Assembly (NCBI GenBank): GCA_049999805.1
Contig: JBNGIO010006370.1
Location: 311,212-375,211, forward strand
Direction: 5' to 3'
DNA from: Folioceros fuciformis
Lineage: Eukaryota
DNA length: 64,000 nt
The notes under the pieces are model-generated. The model saw only the letters and a list, made by a program, of their open reading frames with translations, was not told the origin of the DNA and did no database searches. Positions 22,796-35,290 of this stretch are shown one piece after another (the stretch's first letter is position 1; each line of letters starts with the position of its first letter). The position numbers and the translations under genes were made by a program.

Positions 22796-24539
22796 CTTCC
22801 CTTCCTGCGTGTTATACAGAGCAAAATAAGCACAATAGTCGCTACCCCCTGGTGCTGGCGTGCAACAATTCCGGCCCTTGTTCCTGTCGCCGGAGTTGCG
22901 ATCTTCCGCGCTCCGACAGCCTGCGGACGAATTGCGACGCCACGATACGATGACAAAGCCGCAGAGCGACCGGTGAAGGCGGAGGCAAGGGCTAGCACTA
23001 GCTGTACAAGACCAAGGCGGAAGGCAGCGCGCGCAAACGACGCGCGTCCGGTAGTCAGGACTCGGAAACCCTAAACGCGTAACGCACCAGACTCCGCGTG
23101 TACGGCCCTGTCACCACGCCGCCTCTTGATGATGCGCAGCCATGCGGAGAGAGATAGTTCCTGCTCTGCTGTCCAGTGTCTGGCTGAGAGTCTTCCAAAT
23201 ATCTCGATATTTTTTTAATGTTCTGTAAGATTTTTAACACGCGTAAGTACGGAGTACGCATGGGTATAAGAACCGTGGCTTCTCCTTTTCTCCCGCCGAG
23301 TTGCCACCACACCATCGTTGCTGTTACCTCCCTTGGTGTCGTTGCTTCCCGTACTGAGAGTCTTGGGTCTTGCCAAGCCGAGCATAGCTGGCGATGGTGG
23401 AAGCATGGTGCGTGGGTGCGACTTATCTCTACACAGGTAAAACGAAGAATATGTATAGCCTAGCGCTGTAAACGAGGAGTGGATCGTGCAGTTCTTTGTG
23501 TTCGATAACCCGGTGGTCTACAGGGGAAGCGGTTGGCGTCATTAAGACTAGCAGCCGATCACCGTCTACGGCCTACGGTTTGCAGCATGTCCTTATACGA
23601 TCTTGCTTGAGTCACGGTGACTGGGTTGTAGGCCCACCTGGAGGATGCTAGAAATCAGATGAAAATCGAAGGTGCCACAACATGGAAGCCAGCTAGATAC
23701 CAGTAGAGCCACCGCCAGATGGCCACTCAGCACATTCGGCCTGGCATTGAGCCTTCGCGAGGATCTGCTAGGGCGAGTCGCAAACCTGGAACTGACAGCA
23801 TCACAAGCTGAGAGAACGTTGCTATGTCGGTTCACAACATCACACGTCAGATACCCTATCCGCCAGAAAACAGTGGGAGGACTGTAGCGACGATGTCCTA
23901 CCCTGTGAAGCAGAGGCTACCCTACCAAAACAAGCTGAGGCGAAGCCAATGAATGAATTGCTCAGACGTGGATGGAGACTGATGGAGTATCTTCAAAGTG
24001 CTAGCAGTGACAGCATTTGTAACGCGCTCTGCTCTTACACCACATTGCAGACATAGTTGCCATAATACGTGATTGCCGAGCATGGCATGTAATGGAGCTA
24101 AAGGTGAGCATTTCCGAGTCCAATAGTTCAGGTTCTCGACCTCGCACCTGGTCGTTTGTCCTGACTTTTCACTCTTTCTCTCAAGCAGTTGTGCTAGCTT
24201 GGAATAGACGTGGTATCTTTCGAAGTGTTCCTGCCTTACACGAGGAAACTGGAACATAACCAGCTGCCTCTATCCAGGTGCGCCGTGCTTCCTTCCTCAC
24301 ACCTTCTTCCTGTATTTTCTCTTCACGGCGGCTCCATCTTCCATCTCCCAACCGCGGTATAAGTTTGTGACTTGAGAACATAGGTCACGCGAGGTTCCAG
24401 ATTCTTGACAAAGTTGGCTGCATATCTCCGAACTTTTTGCGCCTCCAGCCTTCAACTTGCGAGAAGAGCCAAACCCGCACCTTAGGACAATCGTCCCTTG
24501 CTCTTTATGACCTTTGACTATTCAAAGTTAATCAATCAG

Positions 24540-26010
24540 GAGAGTGTGCAAAGGTGTATCTAGTCATAGTAATAATTATAGTAATGGGATAGTAATAATC
24601 ATAGTAACGGGGTTCTCAAATAAAGAGCCGCATATGGATCGTAATGGGGTTCTCGAATAAAGAGCGGTATATGGAGGAGGTGGTGTGTGAGTCGTCAGTA
24701 GATGGTGAGCTACTTGCAGTCTAATGCTGAGTAGAGAGAGATAGTTGTGGAAGGCTTAAAGAGCAAGCTTGTCGAGTAGTCAAGAGCAATAGCCAGTGGG
24801 GGCATAGATCACCATCTTCTATTGTAAGTAGAGCATTGTGGAGTGAATAGACGAGACCCAAGGCCGTTGCTTTATTTTACATTGCATGAGGAACATACAA
24901 GAATTGAGGTCATTGCTTCTTTTTATGTTGCATAAGGAAGAGGGCGTTACTTAGTTGGTATAAGAGCAAGCTCTATTCCTCCAAGATGGCTAAGCGAAGG
25001 ATGATACACATACGGGAGGTTTCTCCTAATCCCCCACCTCAAGAACTTGAAGAGAATCAAGGTGAGGAGATGTTGCTTAGCAACTTAGCAGGAGCATGTA
25101 GAGAAAAATATGAAGAGTAGAAGACAAAGATGATGGTCACCTTATAACAAGTTATTCCCAAAATATTGCTTGGAGTTTTGCAATATCTGACAATATCTAG
25201 GAAATAAGAAAGGAAAAATCCAAAGCCTACAGCTCTACGAAATGAGGATGCAGAAGATAATCAAGGTCCTTCTCATATCTTTGAATCAATCTCGAGGGCA
25301 AACATGAAGTTGGTCATACTAGATAAGTATGAGGGGGTTAGTGATTTACAACCTATTCATTCTTGGATTTATTTTATTGAAAGCTATCTTGCATCATATA
25401 TGGCCTTGAGCCTAAGCACTACTTAAGTATTGTTGGCAACTTCTTAAAAGGCTAAGCTTTGGTGTGGTGGCAAAGCTATTGTGCTAATGTAACCTAGGTT
25501 AATTGAGCACATACCATCACAAATTGCGCATCTTTTAAAAAAGCCTTGAAGAAGTACTTTTCACCTAAGAATGCTTTGTGCTTACAATTACTTGATAATA
25601 TAAAGCATACAAGTATTGTACAGGAATATATAAGTGCCTTCAATGAAGCTGTTATGCATTCTGCTTCAATGAGTGAAGTTGACAAATTGCATCGCTACAT
25701 TTGGTTTGAAGGACTAGGTTGCAAGCAACCTTGAAGAAGTACTTTTCACCTATGAATGCTTTGCGCTGACAATTGATTGATAATATAAAGCATACAAGTA
25801 TTGTACAGGAATATATATAAGTACCTTCAATGAAGCTCTTATGCATTGTGCTTCAATGAGTGAAGTTGACAAACTGCATCGCTACATCGCTTCATGGTTG
25901 GTTTGAAGGAGTAGGTTGCAAGTAAAATTGAGTATAGTCCAATGACCTAGGCAAAGACCATAACAGCAGCTGATGCTATCTCACATACCTTTCACTCAAC
26001 CATATCCAAC
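24540..26010 (+). mobile_element. Degenerate Ty3/gypsy-type LTR retrotransposon 5' relic (LTR end, PBS, gag)
   Basis: LTR-end-like gggcgttac near 24950 is followed by tggtataagagc at 24956-24967 (one mismatch from the iMet-tRNA PBS TGGTATCAGAGC). Stop-riddled gag-like peptides follow: DKYEG...IHSW, KALVWW, FKKALKKYF, SIVQEYISAFN, DKLHRYI. The left boundary is approximate. Confidence 0.7.
25544..25925 (+). repeat. ~185-bp tandem duplication within the gag relic
   Basis: ccttgaagaagtacttttcacct...gcatcgctacat occurs at ~25544 and again at ~25729. Confidence 0.9.
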
Positions 26011-27234
26011 TCCTCATGAAGATTTCGAAGCAATATGTGTGGTTTCAAAGCAATATCCGTGATTTCGAAGGAATATCATTTATCATTCAGGTCGCCCTAT
26101 CTAACAATGGTATCGAATCATATATCTCAATAATTATGTGCGAAGTGTCAACAATGGCCAATCTGCTAGACCATTCATTCAAGGTGACCTTAGTTATAGG
26201 AAGCCGGGCATAGGTACAGCAACATAATGCAGTGCAAGAGAAGAGCCTCATTGCATTTTTCATTGAAGAGAGTAACATCCTTGTTCTTGCTAATTCATCT
26301 AGTCGACGACGAAGGCGAGGAAAGTTGATCACACTTTTAGCTTGCTTAGGCGATTCCGCAGCCGCTTCATAGTGGGGCTACAAGACTTTGTAGATAGAAA
26401 GTTGAAGGACCTCATTCGCAAACTTTGAGGAGATTCTTTTCTTGGGTAGGCTAGAAAGCCACATAAAAAATGGCTGTGAACTTATTTTCAAACGTGAGCT
26501 TATTAGACTTGCAACTAAGGTTGGCATCAGACAAGTTATCTAGAATGCGCAGATTTTTTCTGATACAAATGCTTCAACCTAACATAATAGTAGGTTAGAC
26601 AAATTTATTTTATTGCAAATGATGGGTGCGGCCAATTGCGATTGGACAATGTTTGGCAAGAGCAGTTCGACAACTTTACAACAAGCAAATCTTGGCTTGT
26701 GTGTGCACATGCCACATGGTAGTTGCGCCATCCTTTTTTTAAAACCTTGTAATGTCATGGCTTTGTTAAAGGCCTTTCGATTCATAACCAACCCTTGTTT
26801 CTTCCCTTTCAGCACTCTTGCTGCAACCACCATCATATTCTAGTGTTAAAGGCATGTTTCGGATTCAGATCCTTAATAATGTCACCACTTACCTACACAT
26901 CAATTTCCTTCTAAAGGAGGAAGAATATTTTGCTACCGCATATACATTAGTTTTCACCTTAAAAACGGATTCCATACCATAGAGAACATGGTAATAGCCC
27001 CTTGTCTCTTCACCCATGAGAAGATAGGAAAATAAGGGATTATTTTTCCCCGTCTTTTCATTTTAGTGAAGTCTCTATTTGTACTGAGGACTTGAGGGAA
27101 AATACTAACTGATAATATTTTCACAATACTATTATAAAGCATTTTAAAAGTATACAATATGTCTTGAGGGATGTGTCATGGTAGATGCACCCCTTCATTG
27201 TTACATAGTACAATAGATCAAGCGCACAAAGAGC

Positions 27235-27550
27235 TAGGAGCTAAAGTAAGTGGAGTTAAGCTCCCATCTTAGTGAACAAAGATCTTGGGGCTTAGAAAGA
27301 GAAATCTCTAGCTAATAACTCAAGTGGAGCTAAGATCCCACGTGAGCAAAAGTCCAATGGCGAAGAAAGGGAGTTCTCTAGCTAAGAGCTCAAGTGGAGC
27401 TAAGATCTCATATTAGCAAAGATTCGGAGGGAGGCAAAAAAAGGGAGCTCTCTAGTTACCAACGCGAGTGAAGTTAAGCTCCATCTTAGCGAATGAAGAT
27501 CTTGAGGTAAAAAAATAGAGTTCTCTAGCTAAGATCGTAGCTTAGCTGTA
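27235..27550. repeat. Degenerate ~70-75-bp minisatellite, 4-5 copies
   Basis: Core ctctagctaa..gctcaagtggagctaagatc recurs at ~27306, 27376, 27449 and 27523. Confidence 0.8.
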
Positions 27551-27819
27551 CTTGAGCCTAGTGTTTGGGGGTATTATTATTGTCACACATTACTTTTAAG
27601 AGAGATCCAAGGTTCATAATCTTCCATGATATCCTTTAAATATTATTTACAACCCTTTAATTCAATTTGGGTTTAGGTTTAGGTCTAGGAGCTATTTACA
27701 ATCCTTTCCTTCAATTTAGGGTTTAGGTCTAGTGCTAGGTGTTATTTAAAAAAATTTACTTCAATTTCAGTTCAGGTCTAGGTGTTTCATTGCGACATAC
27801 TCTTGCAAACCGAAGGGAA

Positions 27820-28200
27820 GAGAAGGAAACTTCATGGAAGGAAAGCATGTTATAGTTGGATCTCAAGGAGTTTGCTTCTATCACTATTATGTAGGGAAGG
27901 GAACTTCAAGGAAGAATGGCGTATTATAGTTTGATCTTAAGGAGTTAGCTTTTATCACTATTGTGTAGGGAAAGGAAAGGAACTTCCAGGAAGGACAACG
28001 TGTTATAGTTTGATTTCACGAAGTTAAATTCTATCACTATTGTGTAAGGAAGGCGAGGGAACTTCAAGGAAGGAAGGCATGTCATAGTTCAATATGTCAA
28101 GGAGTTAGCTTCTATCACTATTGTGTAGGGAAGGAAAGGGATCTTAAAGGAAGGAAGGTGTGTTATAGTTTGATATCAAGGAATTCGTTTTTATCATTAT
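27820..28200. repeat. ~75-80-bp minisatellite, 5 copies
   Basis: Unit ggaacttcaaggaagg...tgttatagtttgatctcaaggagttagcttctatcactattgtgtaggg starts at ~27825, 27900, 27979, 28058 and 28139. Confidence 0.88.
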
Positions 28201-28329
28201 TGTACATTTTTTGAAGATGATGATACACAAGTATAATGACAGGAAAAGACAATGAGTGAACACCAAGGCTTAAGGCTATTCGCAAATGACACAATATGCT
28301 CACCTTTGAATCCAGGTTGGGTGGGTAGC

Positions 28330-29700
28330 ACGTTGGATACCCCCAAGTGCATAACTCACATGTAAATGATAGCAAGCGAAAACTAGTCTTATGGCTAAAT
28401 CTAGGCATTAAGTTTTGTGAACCCAATGATATGGTTCTACTTTATAGGAACTTTTTGCTCCATGATATATGGTGACTTCCATCGATGCACCTTCTGGAAA
28501 GAAAGGAATAATAATAGATGTGCACACAGATAGCATGGTGTGCTTGCAATTACTTGATGGTACCAAAATGAACGATATGAATATTAGCAGCCATCAAAGA
28601 ATCATACATTTTTTTAACATGTTCACATCGTTATCAAGAGCACATGGATAGGAAAAGTGCAATATTTAAATGACAGTGTCATAATTATGTTTGATTAAGG
28701 AGCTATAATAAACTTGTAGTACCTTGTCAGAGGCTTGAGCTTGTGATACACGACGATACAGAAGAATATCATTATAAATATTTGGACTACCCTATTCCTT
28801 TACTACCTAAGCCAAGGAGTGCAAGCTCAACATTCTAGAATTTTCTTGAATGGAATATGGTTAAAGGGTAAGCGAAAGCCGAGGAGATTAAGAGGTACAA
28901 TTATGAATGTGGAAGATTATGAATGTGGAAGATGACTTACTAGTGATTAATTAGTTATACAATGAGAATGAAAATGCCCAAGCTCTTATACCTGAGCAAA
29001 AACCAGAGAATGTCTTGTTGTGCATGGAATGAACTTTTATTGGATACTAGGTGACTATTGTTACGTCATGCTTGAAAAAGATGGTATTTCTTTTAGATTT
29101 ATTGTAAATATTACAAATGTTACAAATAGGAAGATAAGAGTGAACGTAATGTGGCAGAAGGGAACCATTAGTTTAGGAGTTAATTCATGTGATGTTGTCT
29201 TGGATGAAGAAGACGATGGACTTAGCGATTTGGAAGAGCTTCAATAGTTTTGGCCTATGGCCTACTAAATGTGTTTCAAGATTATGCCACAATGAAATTG
29301 GAGTGATACAATATTTGAATCCAAAAGAACGCATTGCTATAATGATGTGATTCAAATCACAACCTTTCCATTCAAGACAAACAGAGATGGAGAAACAGAG
29401 ATGGAGGAGAATGTGGATGTATCTCAACTAGTTCTACACCTAAAGTATGACCACCATTTGGGAGACATTGTTATTCCAAATTGTGGTCGAATTGGCAATA
29501 AAAAGAATGGGAAAAAGTTTGGTGTTGGTATTGTAAGTGGCATGTTCTTCAATGGACATATAAGAATTTGTTGGTCAGACGGCTCATTCACCATTGTAAA
29601 GCAGCATGAAGTAACATGAGATACGATGTATGATAGCGACTATGAGTCTGAGAGTGAATGTGACGACGACATTGACAATGATGATGACCAAATGGGCTTT
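28330..29700 (+). pseudogene. Decayed, intronless N-terminal region of a UBC23/PHO2 (UBE2O-type) ubiquitin-conjugating enzyme
   Basis: Colinear fragments RNFLLHD.MVTSIDAPSGKKGIIIDV, WLKG..KPRRLRGTI, PEQKPENV..WILGDYC, IRVNVMWQKGT, IGVIQYLNPKERIA, ENVDVSQL..H.KYDHHLGDIV, GHIRICWSDGS, then an acidic tail. Many stops and frameshifts; no UBC domain seen. Confidence 0.7.
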
Positions 29701-31229
29701 AGCTAACTATCAATTAAAAAGAACATGAAACATTATTATTATTATTATTGATATTATTATGAATACATATAAATTATGAGTACTACCTCACATTGTTTGA
29801 CCCTATTTAGCTAGCTATCAATTAAAAATATAAAATAAATATGAAATATTATTATTATTGATATTAATATCAATAAATATATATTTTTGAGTACTGCCTA
29901 GCATTATTTTACTCTGGAGAATATGTGTACTCCTTATCATACCATGGTTTGTTTGTAGAATGAGAGATGGTTGGTTTGTGACCCCACCATAGAATTAGAG
30001 ATGGACGAGGGGGTAAGGGAAGAGGCATTTCATTTAAAAGAGATAAGAAATCCCATCTACTCATAACAATAAGAGGAAATAATCTACATAGGACCAAAAG
30101 CAAAGAGGACGAATAACCCCCACGAATACCTATCCCATGAGCCTCTAGGATAGTGAAGGGCCCATCTGCAACGAGACCCGATGATGCAGTTAGTTTAACC
30201 TACACTAGTAGCTGACCTGTAAGGTGCATTCGTCAAAGCCCTTAGTAAAGGGATGGAAACAAGTTGTAAGATAAAAAGCCACCACTAAAGAAATGGGGAA
30301 GAAACCCATTCCTCTTACTATGATAGTCCTTTGGGAAATCCTTGATAAGTCTCAAAAAGTCCTTGCCCATAGCCCATGCGCCTTAAGAGCAACCAGGATA
30401 AAAGCGGGACTATCCTACATAGGAGCATAGGATAAAAGCGTGACCATCCTACATAGGAGCATATTGATGAATCTTGCTTATCATGTCCCTTAGCGGCCCA
30501 ACCTAGAGGGTTGAAAGTGCACATTTTCTCCATGGTGGCCTTCTTTCGATAGTGCGTATCCATTGATTTGCAAAGAGCATCCGAGCATCCGCCAATATGG
30601 TTTTTAAAACAGTAACAAGTGTTGGTTAAGCACTTCTTCAGCATTGCTGGTAACTAGGCCTTTTGTTATTTTACAATGATGTTTTTAGAATGATGTCGGA
30701 TGGGGACAGTACTCGTTTTGGCCTTTGGCCTTGCTCGGGTTGTTCCTCTTATCTTTGGAGTAGATGGGATTTTTCATCTCTTTTTCAATAATAAAAAAAT
30801 AACTATTTCTTACGTAACGAACATAATCTTTAGCCACTTGAGATAACTAAGTCCTTGCCTGTGCACAATTATTGTGGTGACTAGATTGTGGTAAATTAGA
30901 AGTAAACCATCTATGTGATGCTCAAATGCAACTAATCTTTGTGATGTCCAAAAGCAACCATTTCGACAAGTAAACCATCTTTGGCACCATACGAGGTACT
31001 AAGCTTGTGAGTCCAAGCCACCATGCTTGTGGCTATGAAGTGTAGACAATCATCATAGGCCTTGTTCAAGGAAATTGTTGTGCTAAAATTTAAAAAGGTG
31101 TGTGCTTGTGCCCGATGGAAACAAGCTCATACACAAAAACCCGAAAGATAAGGTTTTTGTGGACTGATCAATTTACAACCGCATTTACCATAATTTATAA
31201 TGATGCAATAATGTGACTGGAAGAGACTT

Positions 31230-31365
31230 CTCTTTAGGAACAAGATGCGGAAGAAGAAGGGCATGTTCCCTTTAGGAACAAGATTCGGAAGAAGAAGAAG
31301 GGCATATTCCCTTTAGGGACAAGATCAAGAAGAAGAAGGGCATCTTCCCTTTAGGGACAAGATGT
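31230..31365. repeat. ~37-40-bp tandem repeat, about 3.5 copies
   Basis: ctttaggaacaagat.cggaagaagaagggcat.ttcc repeated. Confidence 0.85.
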
Positions 31366-31719
31366 TGAATCTCATAGTTCTTAAAACCTAATTTCTATTT
31401 GGCCTAAGCCATTTGGACACAAACACACAAGTACCTATACAAATTAGATTTATATATAATAATTCATAGTGTAATATAATTATGTAGTATGGATTTATCA
31501 TGGAACGTTTTAGATGTTTCAGAAGCCAGTCCCCTTCCCGAAGAAAACGTCTAATGGTGGCAGGCGAGTGCATGCGTCATTGTCAGAAGGGGCCGTTTGC
31601 TCCGCAAGGCTACCAGGTCCAGCGAGGTATATCTTCCTGGCTGGTATCGTCTCAGCAAATTGTAACCACGGCTGGCCGCAGCAGGTTATTCAGTGCTACC
31701 GTCAGATTCGTAGCTGATT

Positions 31720-32920
31720 GAATGGAAGACTTAATTGATAATAAGTTTGTGTCCGCACTCAAGGTATTTGTTGATAGCACAGCCTTGTCAACTGGCGGGC
31801 TAATTCATGCCCACGTAATTGAACGTTGTGTGTGAGTCAGATGCTCTGTTTTGCAACACACTGGTTGACATGTATGGATGCATTCTCATGGGCTATGCTA
31901 GCATGGCAGCAAAGGAGCAGGGCCAGCTGATTCACGCTAAAATGATGTATAGTAAAGCGGTCTGGAGTTGGTCGAGTTTGGTGGAAGCAGCCTCATTGAC
32001 ATGTATGCCAAATATGTACCTGGAAGCCGCACTTCAAGTATTTGACGGCTCGCAACCACGCGGGGCCTGCTCACCTGAGCGGAACTGATTGTTGGCTGTG
32101 CTCTTCACGATGGTGGTTTGGAGGAGCTGGAGCTTTTGAGGTAAATGCAACAGGAGGGCATAGAGACAGACAATGTTATGCTCCTCCAGAGCGTAGCCAG
32201 GAGAGGTAGCGTTCGAGCTTGGCAAACTCACTCATGCTCACTTCAGAGACGTTGGTTTTGGGTCAAATGTATGTGTGGGCACCCTAAACCTGGCGGATTT
32301 CCATGTGAAATGTGGGAGGTTAAATGAAGCTTGGTGGCATGGAGTTCCTTGATTGCTGGATTTGCGAATTAGGGCAAGGGGTCAAGCAGCCCTGGGGCTC
32401 TACCAGAAGATGGGATAAAAGGGACGTCAGCTGAAGGAGGAGACCCATGTCATGCCTTTTGTGCTTAGTGGACTATAATAGACTACTTCTTCTCTTACTG
32501 GACGCATGTTCCATCATATCTACTCTCCGTGCGCCACGAGGGTAGGCTAACCCTGAGCCCTACTCAGGGTCGGGTGGAGCACCACAGAAGCCTCTGGGAT
32601 GGCTTTTGGCCGGAGGTCTTCGTGGCCAACACCATGTGCTGATGTATGCTATATTTGAGAGCCTTCAAGGTGCGCAACAGCTGTGTGATCACGTGCTCGT
32701 AAGAGATCCTGTGTCCTGGAATGGAGCACTAAGACAGCCGTCTTCTGAGCTTAGCTTGGAGGTAGAAACGCAGGAAATGCTGCAGCCGACGTGCTTATGG
32801 GATATGTGTATGCTGTAGCTGGAAGGTGGCAAGATAGAGTGGCCATCCGAAAGCAGATGGAGGGCCTTTGTGAGGAAGGAGCCTTGTCGCACCTGGATGG
32901 CGTTGGATAGCAAGATGCAA
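31720..32920 (+). pseudogene. Highly degenerate PLS PPR relic
   Basis: Broken fragments ESDALFCNTLVDMYG, GQLIHA, VGSSLIDMYAK, MQQEGIETDNV and RDPVSWN, with frameshifts and stops. Confidence 0.7.
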
Positions 32921-33409
32921 GTATTCGGGGTGAACAGAAGGTAGTATCCTGTTAGACGGGGTGTACTACAAGCTCAAGATGCCTACCGAGATCATCACAC
33001 ACAACTTCACGCACGGACTTAGCTTCAGAGCTTGGTGCCATGCCTGAAGATATGGATGCTAATCCATTACCGTAGCAAAACTAGAATGTGCCATCTCGTA
33101 ATTCCTAAACAGTTCCTTAATCTGATTGAACTAGCAAGCTTGCGACTTCACGGTGTTCCTTCTCAAGGCCCGATGATGCAACGGGGGCTGCTGTAAAATA
33201 AACGGGTGATATTCCCTTTCTCTCAACCTGATCTGACTACTCGTGTGACGAAGGACCTGCGGCTACAACACGTGTATGCCTTCACACGTCGACTACACAA
33301 GAACGTCTGGACTGACACATGTAAGCTGGGTCCTGATGATGATATCCTTTTATTGAAAACAGATCTGGTGACGACTTCTTACACTGTGGTGCCTCCAACA
33401 AACAGCTCC

Positions 33410-33510
33410 GGATGCAAACCAAGGCGGTCCGAGGATCCTGGACAAGCCAGGTCAGAGGATGCAAACCAAGGCGGTCTGAGGATCCTGGACAAGCCAGGTC
33501 AGAGGATGCA
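33410..33510. repeat. 47-bp tandem duplication
   Basis: ggatgcaaaccaaggcggtc(c/t)gaggatcctggacaagccaggtcaga, two copies. Confidence 0.92.
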
Positions 33511-34019
33511 TACCTGCTGGCAACGGAATCTGGACTTGTGATTGCGCCCCCAAGGAAATATGATCAACACAATGACGCTGAAAATGAAGCAAGAGACATG
33601 GTGTGTCCTTGGGACGCTTAGAACTCTCGTTCTTACACAGAGGCCAGCTGATCATGGCCATTTCCTAAGATTAGCCTGGTAGGCATGCCCTAACCACACA
33701 TACTCAGCGGTTCAGAGTCCACGCCCATGTCCCACTCACTGTTCATCGAAGAGCCTGGAAATTACAACATACGTTTTTGAGCGTCACTATTCACAGACAT
33801 GTTTTTATACGCAAAGCATAATATACGGCGTGATGAGCACAGCACGGTGTCCAGCTATCTAAGCGTCATCTGTGATTTTGATTAAAACTACCTCAAATAC
33901 ATTGTTCTCTAAGGTGCATGACACAAAAGATCCTAGCAAATCATTTTGGATGGTCGCAAACTTGGAGATCACACTAACTTAAGGTCCTTCAAGAATTTCA
34001 ACACTTATTATACCTTTCT

Positions 34020-34262
34020 CCGCTGAGAGCTGGATACTGGAAAGCTTGTGGATTCCTCCGCCGGCAGCTGGCAGCTGGATACTGGAAAGCGTCTGGATGC
34101 CTCCGCCAAGAGCCAGTGGATACTGCAAAGTAAAGTTTGTGGATACCTCCGCTGATAGCTGGATACCGGAAAGCTTCTAGATGCCTCAGCTGAGAGCTGG
34201 AAACTGGAAAGCTTGTGGGCGCCTCCACTGAGAACTAGGTACTGGAAATCTCGCGGATGCCA
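34020..34262. repeat. ~40-bp degenerate minisatellite, about 6 copies
   Basis: gctgagagctggatactggaaagcttgtggat(t/g)cctcc repeated. Confidence 0.85.
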
Positions 34263-34365
34263 GTGCTCGGAGCTTAGCCACACCATGATAGACGTTGGTA
34301 AGTATCAAGTCCCATCCAAGTGGACTAAAGTGGAGCATTTTCCCTTCTTCTGACGGAGATGGAGG

Positions 34366-34465
34366 NNNNNNNNNNNNNNNNNNNNNNNNNNNNNNNNNNN
34401 NNNNNNNNNNNNNNNNNNNNNNNNNNNNNNNNNNNNNNNNNNNNNNNNNNNNNNNNNNNNNNNNN
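34366..34465. other. Assembly gap (100 N); further gaps at 46683-46782, 47936-48335 and 53885-53984
   Basis: N runs. Confidence 1.
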
Positions 34466-34469
34466 GGGG

Positions 34470-35290
34470 GAGTTGGAGATTGAGGGGATGGTGGAAGAGA
34501 GCCCCCGGGGGCGCATGGATGTGGAACGCGGGCTCCAGAGAAAAATGGAAACCTGCCGCCCGTTAGAATCTTTACACCATACTGTCGCCTTACTCATCAA
34601 CAAGGCTTCTTCCCCGAATTTGCACCAACCAAAGAACTTGGTCTCTCCGAGCGCGGGATAGGTCCGCAGCACTTGATGAACGTATCGAATGAGTCCAACT
34701 TGGTCGCAGACGACGTGCAGCTTGACCATGGACTACTGAGCCTCTCGTTCTCGTCCGGTTCACGCAATCCGCTATGAAGCAGCGCACCCAGAGCTCTCAC
34801 ATCGTCATTCCCAACCTTCACCTTGTTGAGCGTGCTGTTTGTGGCAAAGGCGCGTCCGATCATTGCCGCCCCTTGCACGTCCAACCCGCTGTGGAGTATG
34901 CACGATTTGTGGAGGGAGGGGCAGACTTCGTTCTGGAGCAACCGCACCAGGACTGCACCCCGCCCACCACGTGGGCCAAAACGCCCGATCGCATCCAAGT
35001 GGAGCGCAAATTCAGTCTGCAGATTGTGCGGCTTCGACGCAGGAGGCTGCCTAGAGCTGCACTTGCAGCCTCACTGCTCAAGTCCATTAACTCCAAACTC
35101 AGGTCTTGTGGAGAGGCAGAGACGCTGGATGCGGATGCCAGCGCTCCAAACACGGCCTCCCACTCGTCCACTCCACCATCCTCTCCTGTCGTCATGCCCT
35201 GCCCATCCAGCGACATATCGTTGAGGAGAGCATCGAGAAGAAGCGGGCTCGAACCCAACGTTGATAGAGCTTGTCATGCCTCCACGCAGT
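34470..35290 (-). pseudogene. Disrupted RNI-like LRR (TORNADO1/NLRC3-like) coding fragment
   Basis: Overlapping minus-strand ORFs with LSLELMDLSSEAASAALGSLLRRSRTICRLNL and LDVQGAAMIGRAFATNSTLNKVKV lie in different frames and abut an N gap. Confidence 0.5.

Noticed and set aside
22511-23074. 187-aa plus-strand ORF
   Set aside because: It is antisense to calmodulin exon 1 and its GC-rich 5' region; likely spurious.
23400-24500. Coding-like minus-strand ORFs upstream of calmodulin
   Set aside because: Fragmentary, with no recognisable domain or consistent splice pattern; cannot be supported as a gene.
27235-28200. Regularly spaced repeats as a possible CRISPR-like array (also 34020-34262 and 54257-54442)
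   Set aside because: Whole units repeat with no unique spacers, the context is eukaryotic, and there are no cas genes; these are minisatellites.
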